A stretch of 64,000 nt of DNA. Origin: Octopus sinensis. Its lineage: Eukaryota. The first letter of the stretch is position 1. Each line of letters opens with the position of its first letter. The DNA lies in NCBI RefSeq assembly GCF_006345805.1, contig NC_043015.1, positions 13,826,001 to 13,890,000 of the forward strand. Reading direction: 5' to 3'. The position numbers were made by a program, and so were the translations under genes. Under the pieces are notes generated by a model, which saw only the letters and a list, made by a program, of their open reading frames with translations, made no database searches and had not been told where the DNA came from. This document shows, one piece after another, positions 40,001 to 54,900 of this stretch.

Positions 40001-43000
40001 AGTTATTGGTTAGTTCTTATAATTCACATGTCACCTGCCAGTGTACCTAAGATTAAACAATATTTTAAGCAGAGCCTATCTGCAATTTAATGTAGCTGGC
40101 ATCTGAGTGTAGCCAAAAACTCTTGGAAACTGATTTCACAACACCACTTTCAAATTAAATTTAATAAATCTAAGCATGTTTTAGTCTGACTGTAAAATAT
40201 TGTAATGAAAAACAAGCATGAAAGATATTAAGAAAAATTAAGTAGGTGATAGAATTGAAGTGAAATTATTCCTTTTTTTATGGAATAAGTATTTTATTTT
40301 GTATGGAATAAGTAAAGTCAGTTGAGTTGATATTGTTTATTGGTGGCACTTTTTTTTTGCCAAGAATAATGGAAAGATAAAAGATGACTTTCTTTAACAC
40401 TTTAGTATTCAGATTATTCTGTCAAAAGTAATGCTTATTTAGTCATATTGTTTTGAATTAATCTTGCATTATCTTGTAGCTTTGAGATTTTGATGAGGTA
40501 ACTTAAGTTTTAAAATAATATTGTAGGACTGGTGTGGGAGGCAACATCTGGCCAGTTTGAACATAAAGCAGGTTGAATATTTTGGCCAGATATAGCCAGT
40601 TTAAATGCTAAAAGGTTAAAAGATAAATATCTCATAGCAAAAAATAAATAAATTAAATTTTAAAAATGCTTAGGAGAGTCTCTACAGTTACCCAGTAGAA
40701 GATGGTATCAAAATATCCAGGAATCACGAGACAAGAAAAACTTAAGAGAATAGCCTGCATCCTGTAGAAGGTAGATCGAGGCTGTTGATGTTAATAGGTA
40801 ACCTCCTTTGGATTGGAGAAATGAGTAACACCATAGTGATATATAATGTTTTTTATACTCATTGATGATATCAGGATTGCAAGTTTAAATGAAACTAGAG
40901 TGAACTTTATATTCAAAACTGGCTTGAGGTAAAAATCCAATTATTTAGCCTCAGATGAAAATCAATGAAGTAGAAATCTTGTGACCCAAATTTAATTTTC
41001 AAAATCTTTTGTTTATTAATGCTGAAAGCAACATTACATTAACTTGCTTACCTTTCTGAGAAGTGTTTAACCCATTTGATACCAATCCATCTGAGAGTGT
41101 TCCTGGTTCTCTGATATAGAACTTCTTGTAATCTGAATTAAAACATTCCATCAAAATTTCATGTTACTCTATGCTCCAAACACCAGCTTACCAGTGTCAA
41201 CGTTATTTTACTAAGCTCATTATTTTCAAAATTAATTGGAACAAAGACAGTGTATTTCAACAGAAATATGGTAATTAAGGGGTTAAATGCTTGCTGTTCG
41301 TTAGTGAGAGTTTTTATATGTCTTCTTATTCATTTCATAAGAAAATGTTTCTTATTTCAGGAACCTCTTGAAGTAACTAAATTATTTGGTTTGATTGGAG
41401 TACAACATACACCACTTGGAGTTAAAAATGCCAGGATATCACAACACTATAAAGCCAGTTTGACTGCAACTTTCAATCGTTACAAGGTAATAATTTAAAT
41501 ATTTGCTAGTAGTCTTTCCTTGAATCAGGGAAGAAACAGAGTTGTTAGAGTGTAAGATATACTACCTTGGAGGTGTTTGTTTTGACTTTCTGAGCTCTGA
41601 GTTCAAATTCTATGGTGGTCAGCAGTAATTTTCATCTTTTTAGAGTTGATAGAAAGAACTACCAATCAAAGGCAGTGGCTCGGCAGAACTATTAGAACTT
41701 CAGGGGGATGCCTTGGGGTGTCTCTTTCTGCTTTTGGTGGTCTGATTGCAATGCTTGCAATGGATCTGGTGCCAAGTTGTATCAGTGTTACCTTTCCTTT
41801 GGTCATCATCAGGGCCAGTGGTGTTGATTAAGAATAGCATTGTTATCTCCTGTAATATATCCAGCACCAACCTCATCATCTCCAGTTTTGTGCAACCACT
41901 GCCACCATCATCTTTTTCACTTATTCTATGGTGGGTGTCATTCATAAAAAATATCTAGATACAACCTTTAGTTCAGTTTTCTGGCAGTTTCTGTCAATCT
42001 TTCTATAGAAGTGAACTTTCCTTATCCCTTTTTGCCTCTGTTAATGTTGTCTCGCAACCATGCAGTGCAGTTGCTCAGGTTGTTTGGTGGTTGCAAGACA
42101 TTGACAGTTAATTATTTTCATTTGATATATATCACCGTATATACAACAAATGGTAAATTATCTTTGTAGGCTTCCTTCAGGCAAAACGTTTTCACTTGGT
42201 AACATAGCTTCTTGTTCCATTAGTATCGTTTCTTATACATCTGCTTTAGTCTTCACATATTTTACTCTCAGCCCTAGTTTAAAGTATAAAATATTCAAAT
42301 CTGGTTCTATTGGCAAATCATCCAAATAGTGGAATAAATTTTATAACTTAAGGACAAAAAAGAGTTCAAAGGGTAGAACCCTTTGTCATAGTTCTGCCTG
42401 TAACAGAGACTCTGCAACCAATTTATATCAGGTTTACTCTATCCTTAAGCCCTAAAGTATAGTAAATCATGGGAGGCTTGTTGAATGTTTGTCTGTAGCA
42501 GATTGAAAACTTAGAGACAGAGGGAGGTTATTATAATCTGACATTTATATTATCTTATTCTCCATATATACATTTTTCTTGATATTCCTGTCATAATTTA
42601 CAAACTCATCAATACTCTCACTATTTTCCCCTCATATCTGCATTCACACACCTCTTTTTCAGTTTCACCATTACATAAATTATCTCCCTTCTTCTCTCAC
42701 TGTATATCTTTTTATTTTTTTTTGCCATTCCATACTTCCCCTTCATTAGTTTGCTATTACATATCTTATCTTCATTGTTCTCCCATCTTATACCTCCTCC
42801 CTATTGTTCTTCCCTTACATATCTCTGTTGTTCTTCCACCATCCTCTTCTGCTCCATTCTTTTCCCTCAATCCTCTTCTTTATTTTCTCATCATTTTCCA
42901 GTATTCTTTCATTCCATCTCACCCAATCTCCTCTACTGTCTTCTATTTCATTGTTTTTACAGGATGCTGAATTTGCCATCATAGTGGAGGAAGATTTAGA

Positions 43001-46000
43001 TATATCCCCAGACTTCTTCAAGTAAGTCATTTATTAGTTTGTCATCTATTTTTACTTACCTCTTTTTACAGTACTAACAGTTGTTTAAAAGTAAAATATT
43101 TCTTGACAATTTGCATTATTATTTAATCAATACTATTGACCTTTCTGTCCAACATTATGCAAATAATGTTTCATCAGAAGAGTGGCAGTATATATCCTCA
43201 TTAAAAGATGTGCAAGTTCATTTTCTAATAGGACAATTTGTCTGGCATATACCTTATAGAATTTGGTGGACAGACTGCACCAAAGCCTGTCACATACATC
43301 AGCATTATGGATGTATCTTGGCAAGAAAACCAAAATATTGCTTTCATATAAAACTACTCTATATAATTGTTCCACACTAAGTTATCCCTTATCATTTTGG
43401 TTCCTGAGATGCTATGAATTAATTAGAGATTGGCTCATTAGAGACCTATAACCAACAATGCTCTTGTACATACTACCATCACCATCAGCAGCAATTTTAT
43501 CATGTCATTACTCTTCATCAGTTTTTATTCAGTTACTCACCCTCCTACATGTGTAGCTTGTGATGTTGCTTATGGACTTCACATCTTACTCATACTTTGT
43601 TTTTGGCATGGTTTTTATGGTGGATACGCTTCATGTCACTAACTTCTTTACAATGTTTAGCAAGTGCATATTATTTTCACACTGATGTTAGTAAGACTAT
43701 GTAAGTGTCTCCTGTATTTTGTATCAGTCAACTCCCCAGCAAGAGGTGACAAAACTTTGGATCTACTCTTTACTACTACTCCTGAAATGGTCATTAGTGT
43801 TGTTACTGAGGAATCTTTAGGTGACTCTTATCATGCTATGATCATTGCCAATCTGTCCATTATGGGCAGTAACAAAAACTACAGCCATCTCCAAACTGCT
43901 CGTTTTTACTGGAATAAAGCAGACTGGAGTTCTTACTGCACTGAGCTACAATGCCCAAACTGGCTGGAATTTTACAACTCAGGAGATGTGAACACTATTC
44001 TTCAGAACATCCTGAACACAATATGGTCGGCATGTGCAGCATCAGTACCAAGTAAGCACAAAAAACATCCCAAGAGTGCAATTTGGGAGACTGCAGCAGA
44101 AAGAGTGCCATAATGCTGAACGAGAATACAAATTGCATAAATCAGATATAAACAAGAAAAAGCGCAATGAATTATCCAACTATCTCAAGCAGGTAACAAA
44201 AAGGGGCAGTGCTTGAATTTGAGCAGTGCATAGCAACAAACCCTGACAGTAAGGTGTTCTGGAAAGATGTACATTCAAAGCAGAGACCTCACTCTCCAGT
44301 TGGTCCTCTTCACAATCCCCACACAAGCTAGATTACTGGCAATCCCAAAAAAATGCACAGAACTCATTGCTGAATGCCTATGCAGGCATTTTTACTGTCG
44401 TAAACCAAAACATACCATCTCCACCATCTCTGACACCAAATTCTATAACAACTATGGAATTTATACTTGCAAAGCTGAGGCATCACCTTAAGAATAAACG
44501 CAATTATGCCTCTCCTGGTCTTGATGGTGTTATGTACTTGCTTCTCAAACATGGATATTTTCTTCTGCACCAACTTTCACTCTTCTTTCAGTTTCTTTAT
44601 TCTCAACTAAAAATAGGTAGTCCTGGTTTTAGGACAGCATTCTTCATCCTATGAGATGTCATCTGGTGTACTGCAGGGATCTGTTCTTGGTCCTCTTTTG
44701 TTTGTTTCATACATTAATGACATAGATGCCAGCTTAAAGAATGCCACAGTGCTGAAATATGCAGATGATAGCAAGATGTACCTTGAGATAAAAAGGACAG
44801 ATCCTAAACACTATAGATCTTTTCTACAATCAGACCTGGACACAGTGCAGCAATGGATCATGGACTGGCAACTCAAGTTGGCTCTGGACAAGTGTACCAC
44901 CATGCATTTTGGGAGGAAAAACCTAGCTTCCACATACTCTCTCCACAGCACTAATATCAAGAAGTCTTCTTGTGAGCGTGACCTGGGCATTACTATCAGC
45001 AGCAATTTGCGCTGGATAAAGCACATTTCCAAAATTGTTAAGAAGGCTGAGGGTGTCTTGACACCTCAGCAAGACTATTGTCAGCCTCTCTCCAGCTATC
45101 TATTTAAGGCTGTATATGGCTATGGTGTGGCCACACTTGGAATTTGCATCACCAGTCTGGAACCCCTATCTTGCTCAGGACATTGACCTCCTGGAAACTG
45201 TTCAGAGACGTGCAACCAAGCGAATACTCTCCATCAGGCATTTACCATACTCTGACCGCTTTGCTTCCTTGGCTATAGATACATTGAAGCTCTGACTTGG
45301 TAAACACCCACAAAATTATTAACCATCATGCCAGCAACCATGTTGAGCACCTTTTTGAGCTGCATGTGTCTAACGTACTTGGGCATGCCTACAAAGTAAG
45401 AAAACAGCACAGCTCCCATGACTTTTGGAAACATATTTTCACACTCAGAATTGCTGAGGCATGGAACAAATTACTTGCACCAGTTGTTAGTTGCCGAGAC
45501 ATTGCATCCTTTAAAACCTCCATGCTCCCTAAAATTCGCCTTCACTACACCTGATATATCCTCCTCCATACGCATGCACACATGTATATCATGACTCGTG
45601 CGCTGTTTACGTTTCTGACTTTTGTACATAATTCTATGTACCTTTGATGAGTTGAAGTGCACCTGAGAACTATACACAATAATTTCATTATTATATTATT
45701 CGGAGTTACTTCCCCTGTAGTCAGATAACCAGTGATATTTGTATAGGCCATGTCAAGCTCACATTTTCCCCATGTTAACATGGATTGAGCAGATCACAAT
45801 GTCTTGGCACCCATCACAATCCTTAATCTTGCAATGACTATAGTAGAGATAAATAATTTCAAATATGACCCTGTGTGTTTATGCATACATATGACAAATG
45901 AGAAAATCGAATTCATGAGATTCTTTATTAATCAAAGCAATCCTCTTGACCCATCTTGCATTGGTCCCTTGCAAGTGAGATACTCTACAACTAGTCAGGT

Positions 46001-49000
46001 GACTTTTCGAAAGGCATCTTGCTCAACAAACTCAAATTTTGCTTGGTTCTGTTATAATGCATGTCATCATTTAGACAAGCATATGCATGTTCGTGTAAGC
46101 ACACACATAGAGACACATATACATATGCCATGGGCTGTGTTGTGTTCTTGAGCAAGACACTCTATTTCACACTGCTTCAGTTCACTCAGCCATAGAAACG
46201 AGTTTCAATGCCACTGGTGCCAAACTGTATCGGCCTTTGCCTTTCCTTTGGATAACATCTGTGGCATGGAGAGTGGAGGCTGGTATGTATGGGTGACTGC
46301 TAGTCTTCCATAAACAATCTTGCCCAGATTTGTGCCTTGGAGGGTAACTTTCTAGCTTAAATCCTCATGATCATTCGTAACCAAAGAGGGTGGGTCCTTA
46401 TCCTTTATACTCTCACACACACAGTTAACACTCATTCACTGCAACCTTGTACTTCATAGCTTTATCAAACACTTCGAAAAGTTGTTCAGCATCCAAAAGT
46501 CTGCCATTTGAAAACACTCTGGTATCTCCTGCTAGATTAGAATACCATCTAATCCTTCTCCTTATTTTTATTATCACTCCACTCTGTATATTATTGATTC
46601 GTATATAATTGATTCTTCATCAATTTTGTTACTCTGGAACGGAAAACTATGAAAGTGTTCAGTTATTCTAAACCAGAAACATTTGAATGTAAAGAAAGGT
46701 GACAAGCTGGCAGAATCATTAACCGGCCGAGCAAAATGCTTATTGACATTTGGTCCATCTTTATGTTCTGAGTTCAAATTCCACAAAGGTTGATTTTGCC
46801 TTTTGTTCTTTTGGGGTCTATAAAATAAGTACCAGTCAAGCTCAGAGGTAGATGTAATTGACTTACACCCTCCCCTGAACTTGCTGGCCTTGTGCCAAAA
46901 TTTGAAACCAACATTTGAATGTAATGAAGCTTCAACTTTTCCATCCAGTCTCCAAACAATTATGATAAATCACTAGGTTATCCTTGTAGTTGCCATTTTG
47001 AGATACTAATATCATTCTTTTGATTTGTATTTAAAAATCTGTTGTCATGCTTTATCATTTCAGTTACTTTAGTCAGACAATGCATCTGCTAGATGAAGAT
47101 CCCAGTATTTACTGTGTGTCAGCATGGAATGATCAGGTTAGTAATGGCATTTTATATATTGCTTTTATTGTTGTTGTTTAACACTAAGTTGGCCACGGGG
47201 GACAAAAGCAGACTTACCATCAAAGGCATTCTAGCCATGATCATCCCATTTTACTTTTTCCCCGATGGGTTACTCCTCAGACTACATTATCCATTGTCTT
47301 TTTATTTTTTTTTAAATGGTAGCTTGTGGGGTGAAAGAGATGTGGTTGCTATTTCTAGCAGGATGAGCAATTATGTACATGCTTCTCTATTGTTTCATAT
47401 TTTATTCATTGGTTTATACTACTTTCTCTTTTTACATATTTCATCAACATTAAAATGTGATGAAATAACAAGAAAAGGAGGGCTCAATTAGTGATAAGCT
47501 CAACAACAATAGGGCAGAAGCTTAAGTCACTATGTTAGCTGTTGATGTTAAAAGCCCTAGTTAGCCTGTCATATTGACCTGTAATGAAAGGCATTCTAGC
47601 TTTGATCATCCTATTCATTTCTCAATTTAATAATAAAATTCTTTACAAGGTGAAATGTCAGCCACTGTCTTGCAGCTCTGTATGATGAACATTGACTGCA
47701 TCAGTTTCATCAGCTTCAGAGGGCATACAAAGGTTATGAGCAAAGACTAAACCATTTAAAACAGAAGCAAAAAGTCTGTTATGATCCCTACTCAGAAGCA
47801 GCACTTGCTGTCAGATATGGACTTTTAATTCATGAACCATGTGTCCACTATCTTATTTTATTAATTATAAATGTTAGGCTGTGAAGATGCAGAATCACTA
47901 AGTGGCAGACAACATAGTATTGCAAAAAATGGCCTCCTGACACCAACATGGCTCCAACAGCCAAGTCAGCAGCTGGGAAATTGCAAACCAACCCAGCTAG
48001 CCAACTTGCCAGGAGAAGAAGTAGCTGCACACAGCTGGATGTCTTGTATAATGTAGTTCTTCATCACCTGACTTCAAACTTTACAACTCTTGGTCAACTG
48101 ACTACCACATGTTCACCCACCAGTTAATATAGTCCTCCTAATAATAAAAGCACCCCAAAAATTTATAAGGAGAACGTGCAGCATGCCTTAAATCAGTCAT
48201 GCAATCAATGAACATTTGTTTTCTTTTGTAGAAGTAGAGAATATTATTTGTTTTCTTTTGTAGAAGTAGAGAATATTATTTGTTTTCTTTTGTAGAAGTA
48301 GAGAATAATATTTCGAGTAGTATTATTTTTAATCAGTTCTATTTGCTACAGATGATTGCCTACCAAACTATAATGATATTCTGTAGCTTTACTATCACAG
48401 CAGCTAGAACTTTATTCTCTTCTTCATAACAAAACTTAGTGACATTTTTCTGGCCCTTTACATTCTGAGTTCAAATCCCACTGGGGTCAGCTTTGTTCTT
48501 CATACTTTCGGATTCAATAAAATATGTTCCAGTTGAGCACTGAGGTCAAGGTAATTGACTGTCCCCACCTCAAATTGCCAGCCTTCTGCTAAATTTTGAA
48601 ACCATTAATTAAGAATGAGACATTTTGTACAAAGTAAATTACTTTTATGCTTTGTTCAGGAACTTGGAACAATGCCTATCTACAAATACAGGATTTTCAG
48701 TGTTGGTTTGTAGTTATTATATTCTTCAGAAATACATCATTTGTATCATGCAGCAATATGAACAACAAGCATTTTCAATATTGGAAAATGGCACAGTGTC
48801 TGTATGTAGAACAGACAGCATTTTCTGTATTGGTTTGTAGTTATTGTATTCTTCAGGAATGTATTCTTTGTATTTTGTATCATATAGGGATATGAACATT
48901 CATGTAAGGATCCATCACTTTTGTACCGCATTGAAACCATGCCTGGGTTAGGTTGGATGCTAAAACGTAAACTTTACAAAGAAGAACTAGAAGCACAGTG

Positions 49001-49360
49001 GCCAACCCCAGAGAAGGTGAGAGTGTCTTTTTTAATTTTTTTTTAAAACAACTTTTTTTAATGCAATGTCAAGACAAGGAGACACACACATATGTATTGT
49101 GTGTGTGTGTGTGTCTTCCCATTGTTTTGAGGTTGTTTGTGTCATCTGTAAAAACAATGTCGTTATATAGACATTGTCATTGTTTACATCAGCTGTAAAA
49201 CATACGTTTCAAGTTCAAGCTATTGAACTGTTAAAGGGAAATAGTACCTTACTTGGCTTCAAATGAGGGTTAGTGACAGGAAAGGGATTCAGCCATAGCA
49301 TAGAAAAATTACCACTTTAAGTCTTGTTTGACCCATGCTAGTACAATGATGATGATGATG

Positions 49361-49410
<50 letters not shown>

Positions 49411-51885
49411 TATATATATTATTATTATGGAATAATTACTGTGAAGCATTGTGTAGAATATATTGTATAAAGGGTCATGGGTAAGGCCAAAACAATGCGA
49501 AGTAAATGCACGGTAAATGACAAGAAAACAAATATGTGAATTAATGTATTCAACCTTGTATTCAATATTTCGGGGTTGTGACCCCATTTTCAAGAAATTG
49601 ACAAATGTTGCTGATGTGCATGTGTGTGTGTCACACACATGCACATCAGCAACATTTGTCAATTTCTTGAAAATGGGGTCATAACCCCGAAATATTGAAT
49701 ACAAGGTAAGTCTACATTAATTCACATATTTGTTTCCTTGTGATTTACTTTGCATTGTTTTGGCCTTACCCATGATCTTTTATACAATATATATTATTAT
49801 TATTATTATTATTATATAGATATTTATATGTGTATATGCTTGAATATGTATAGGTATATAATATAAGGAAAATGGAAAGTGTGAACATAGAAATCAATTT
49901 ATTTATATGATAGTCAGTTTCATGTCACCTACATACGTTTCAATTTCTCATCTTCATTTACAATTAAAATTGTATTATGATTTTTAAAAGGTAAAAATCT
50001 CTTCCGGGCAATATATTGACATATTCATTTGACATATTGACATATATTCATTTACATCCTAAAGGACGGAGAGTTCATTACAGACTGAAACGACAGCATG
50101 CATATGTGTGTGTCAGCATGTGTGTCTTTGGATTCCGTTCTAAAAATAGCTAGAGGTTAAGCTACAACCATAGTGGACAATCGCTAGTTGCAGTTCTGAA
50201 GAACTAGATCATACTACTATTCACCCTTAATGGCATTTAGATAATTGGTTTTAGAGGCTGGCAACCACTCTTCTCTCTACCCACTTGCCAAAAAAATAAA
50301 AAATATATACATTAGTAAGTATCCAAATTTATTTAACTTATTTAATTGTGAGAATTTCAATTTTTATTATTAGTGTAATTTTCTATATTATTTTAGATGT
50401 ATTAGTCTTATTTATTGATAGTTTGGATTATTATATACATTTTGTTAAATTAATTTGTATATATTTTAATGATGGTACAATTCACTATGTATCACATGTA
50501 TGGAGCAAGATTATTTTCAAATGGTGAAAGTACATTTTCTTTAAGATTCCTTCGTATGTTTATTTTAATTTTATCATTCACAGAGTGTCTATTTAAATAT
50601 AATTTATTATTTAAAATTTATTATATATATATATATATTCCTTATGAATTATAAGAAGCTCTCTATCCTTCATTTATTTAATATAATTATTGATTTATTT
50701 AGATATATCAGCTGATAGAAAGGGTTTCAATGTGTATTCTATTTGATTGCTATTACAGAATCATAAATTCTAGATATTGATTTATTCACATAATGCCTAT
50801 TCAATTATATTTATTTAGATTTATTTGCATAATGTCTATTTAATTTTGTGTATTTGAATTTATTAAACGTATGTTTAATCCTGTGTGGACAACAAAATCC
50901 TCTATTTCTTTTATTGTTGATTAGTTTATGCTTGGATGTAATGATCTGGAAAATTTCCTCTATGCAGAAGTCACACCTTTTGCTCCCAATGCTATAAGAT
51001 TTTGCTCGGCTACTTACCACTTCAGCGTATAGTCCTTATTTTTGTCCTTAATTGCCCAAATTAATCTACTTAAACTAGTGCTAGCTTCTTTTCTCTTATC
51101 TCTAAAAGTGCTATCATGGTTGGCTCCCTTCTTTTTATATAATTTTCTGTAGAGCCTATATAGTAGTAATCCTATCCCTCAGATATTACCTTACACCTAT
51201 ATATTAAACTTTCTCACTACAAAAATTTCTTAATGGACATCAATTTTTATTTTTATTGACACAATCACAGGTTTTATTTTCAGGATCTTTCACTTGTTAT
51301 TATTAATGCTGTACCTATTTTTCCTGTTTTCAGGGTTATTTTGCTATGCTTATTTCTTGTGTTATGAGCCTTAACTAATGGCTTATCTTCTTTCCCTTTC
51401 TTATCTATCTTAATATTTATATTGTTATTTATTTTCATTGTTGCTACTATAAGTATCAACATATATATTTAAATCAATTGAATTAGTGTTTTTATTATCA
51501 TTTTTGTTATTATTACTTTATTTCTTTTCCCTTTTGTTGGCTGCAAGTTTATATTTTTCGATCTTAGTGGGAGTCATGAGTTACTTCACTTCCTTCGGTT
51601 GTGTATTTCATACTATCATTATGATCCTTGTCATTTTGGCCATTAAGTAAATCATTTCTGTTTTCCTTACTCCTATTATTATAGAAATCATTCAATTTTT
51701 TAGTATTTTGTGCAGATATAATTTGTGCAATGTTTTTTGAAATGCAAAAACCCGCTCTTAATTTTTGTGAATTTATCATTTTGTGATATTTATTTTCTTT
51801 TGAAAAATGTTTAGAGACAGCTTTGTAAAATAATTTCATTATATTGGTTCTAATTTGTTTTGCGTAGGTGACATGAAATTGACTA

Positions 51886-51917
<32 letters not shown>

Positions 51918-54900
51918 TTAGCATCCGTTTTCCATGCTAGCATGGGTTGGACATAAATAAATTGATTTCTGTGTTCACACTCTCCATTTTCTTTATATTA
52001 TATTATTGAAATTCTATTCTATACCAGATAGATGAAAACATCTATAACAACTGGAACTTCATAAGTGTAAAGTCCTGATGTCAAAGAAGAACCATCAATA
52101 GACACTAATACTAACACAAATTAACAAATTCCAGGAAAATTAATGGATATAAAGTTAAACTGGTATATGCTTGGATGGAATACATCCCTGAGAAAGAGCA
52201 ACCTCTTTCCTTTCAAAACTGATTGTATATATATATATCTTCACACACTGTAGTTTGTGAATAATATTAAGGTCAACTTTTACTCACCGGTGGCCAATTT
52301 AACACTTTACCACACATTCAGTTTTAACTCAATCTTAATTCAGCTTTTTGCATTATGGTGGACCAGTGGTAAGCTACATTTTGACATAAAATAATTGAAA
52401 TTTGGTTTTGTAGGAAAAAAGTTATGATAAAATCTATAGGGCCAAAAATTGACTTTGACTCAAAATATCTCAGATATGTAAAAAGCAAACTCTGCTTTAA
52501 TTATACCCTTTTGAAAGATTTTGACAAGTGAAATCTTCTGGTGAAGACCTCACCAACCCTTTTGTTATCAACCTGGCTGAAACCAGCTCTGAGTACAATT
52601 TTTTTGTTTTCATAAGTTTTGAATTAAAATCTTCCACCAAACCTTAGTCACAATTTATGTTCCTAACACTAGCTGAATAATAACTAAGTTATTTTACTAA
52701 ATTCTTTGTTATATTTAAAGTAATTGAAAGAAACACAGAGTTTCTTGCTAACCCCATAAAAATACAGTAATGAAAGTGTTAAAAGATATTAGATAGAAAA
52801 AAGTTATGTCACTTTAAGTAACCAAAAAATTGGTAATCCTAAAATGGACTTTGACTCAAAATATCTCAGATATGTAAGAAGCAAACTTTACTTTAATTAT
52901 ATTCTTTTAAAAGATCTCAGTGACTAGAATCTTCTGGTGAAGACCTTGTTAAAAGATATTTGATAGAAAAAAGTGATGCAGCTTTAAGTAACACCTAAGC
53001 TTGATTTTAACTCAAAATATCTCAGCTATTTGAAAAGCAAACTATATTTTATTTGTGTCCAGATGAAAGATGTCCACCAGATGTATGTTTTCTTGCTAAC
53101 TCCATAAAGATGTGTTTAAGAGAAAAAAAGTTATGCAGCCTTCAATAATTGTCATTTGTAAATATCTGTCTTACTTGAAATTACAAAGTTATCTAAATGA
53201 CAGCTTCTCAATACAAGACAAACAGGAAATCCGGTCTATAATTGTTTTATTTTTAGTCGACTTTCTCTCCTAATTCATTTGATTCCTCATTGTTCTTAAT
53301 TAGTGCTTTATATATTTTATTGTTGCTCTCTTTTTTTTAAATTTTATTTCTGATAAATATTAATTTAAAAAATTCATTCTAAATAGGCAGATTTCATAAT
53401 ACTCAGTGTAAAGAAAGTGCTATTCAATTTAGAATTTCTAACAGAAATGAATAGGCATCAGTTATTGATCAATAAGAAATGAAACAATATGAAAAAGTAA
53501 GCTAAATTTATTATTAGAATAAGAATTATTAATTTTTCTGCATTACTTGTGAAAAAAGTGGACTAGAATGAAAAATGCAAGCAAGGGATCAAGATATTCT
53601 TAAGTATTTAATAAACCTGGAAAAATACAGGACAAACAGTAAGCCTAAAATAAAATAAAAGAGCTTAAAAATATTGCAGCTAAAATAAAATTTAAATGGG
53701 TTACCAATTAAATAAAATATTCAAATAAGCCAAGCCATTCATTCACCCAAATTATTTCACTATTGCTAAGCTTGACTGTAAATAAATTTTAAATTATTTT
53801 AATATATGAAAATAAAGTGATAACTGCCATAGTATGTTGTAACATTAGTAATTAAAATTTTTATTTACTAAAATTTTTTAGAAATGTAATGGAAGTAGGT
53901 GAGTAAATTAAATGTTTGACTATAGTACAATTTAAGACTATTTAAGTAATTAAATGTTTTCTTTGTTTTATTTTTGGTAAAATTATTTTACTTTAACTAT
54001 TAAAATTTTGGTTTTTAGTTAGTTAACTGTTGGCCAGTTCATTTTCCTGTTAGGTAAATCTAAGTTTCCTCAAATAAATGCAGATGTCATAGAGTTAATC
54101 ACAATGAAAGAAAATAAAGATCATCATTATAGTATTGTATTAATAATAAATAAACAAAAATGAATCTCTATTCCAACAACCATAGTAGCCATTTCTAAAA
54201 TCTCTATAAGAGATGTAAGTAGTAACTCTACTGAAAAGTATTGGTTGTTACCACCCTAATGTGGTTGTTCTGCATAGAACAATGTTGCTACTCTTTCTCA
54301 CTCCAGGAGGACACCACTTCCAGCTGGTAAATGACAATATCTGTGTTTGATATATTGCAAACAAGGAAGCGAACAACATTCCACCTAGTGGTGACAATTT
54401 TTATTTGATACACAGGAATTTATGATAAAGCATCAGATTATCTATATTGAATTTCATATTTAGCTGCAGTATTTTAAGCTCTTTCCTTTTATTTTAAGCT
54501 TTCTTCTTGGCTGAAAGATGGTTGGTCAGTATTGAATGGCTTGTCTTACTTGGATCATCATCAATTAACGTCCATTGTCCATGCTGGCATGGGTTGGACG
54601 GTCTGACCAGAGCTGGCAAGCTGGAAGGCTGCACCAGACTCCAGTCTGTTTTGTCATAGTTCCTACGACTGGATGTCCTTCCTAATACCAACCACTCTGA
54701 GAGTGTAATGGGTGCTTTTACGTACCATTTGCTGACACCAGTATCTGCTATGACTGCAATTTTACTTAGCTCAAGCACAACATAATGCCAAAGGTCTTGG
54801 TTATTGCCTCTGTGAGGCCCAACATTTGAAAGGAGCTCAACCACTTTGCCTCTGTGAGGCTCAACGCTCGAAAGGTGCTTTTTACATGCCACCTGCATGG

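Noticed and set aside
50058-50100. cctaaaggacgg..ctgaaacgac, a hammerhead-like spacing near the Penelope relic
   Set aside because: The first core is too degraded and no convincing stems were found.
53380-53800. Stop-riddled K/N/I-rich frame, a possible transposase relic
   Set aside because: No diagnostic motif recognised; AT-rich composition alone could explain it.
54380-54396. CCACCTAGTGG, a CTCF-like motif
   Set aside because: A single imperfect match, expected by chance in 64 kb.
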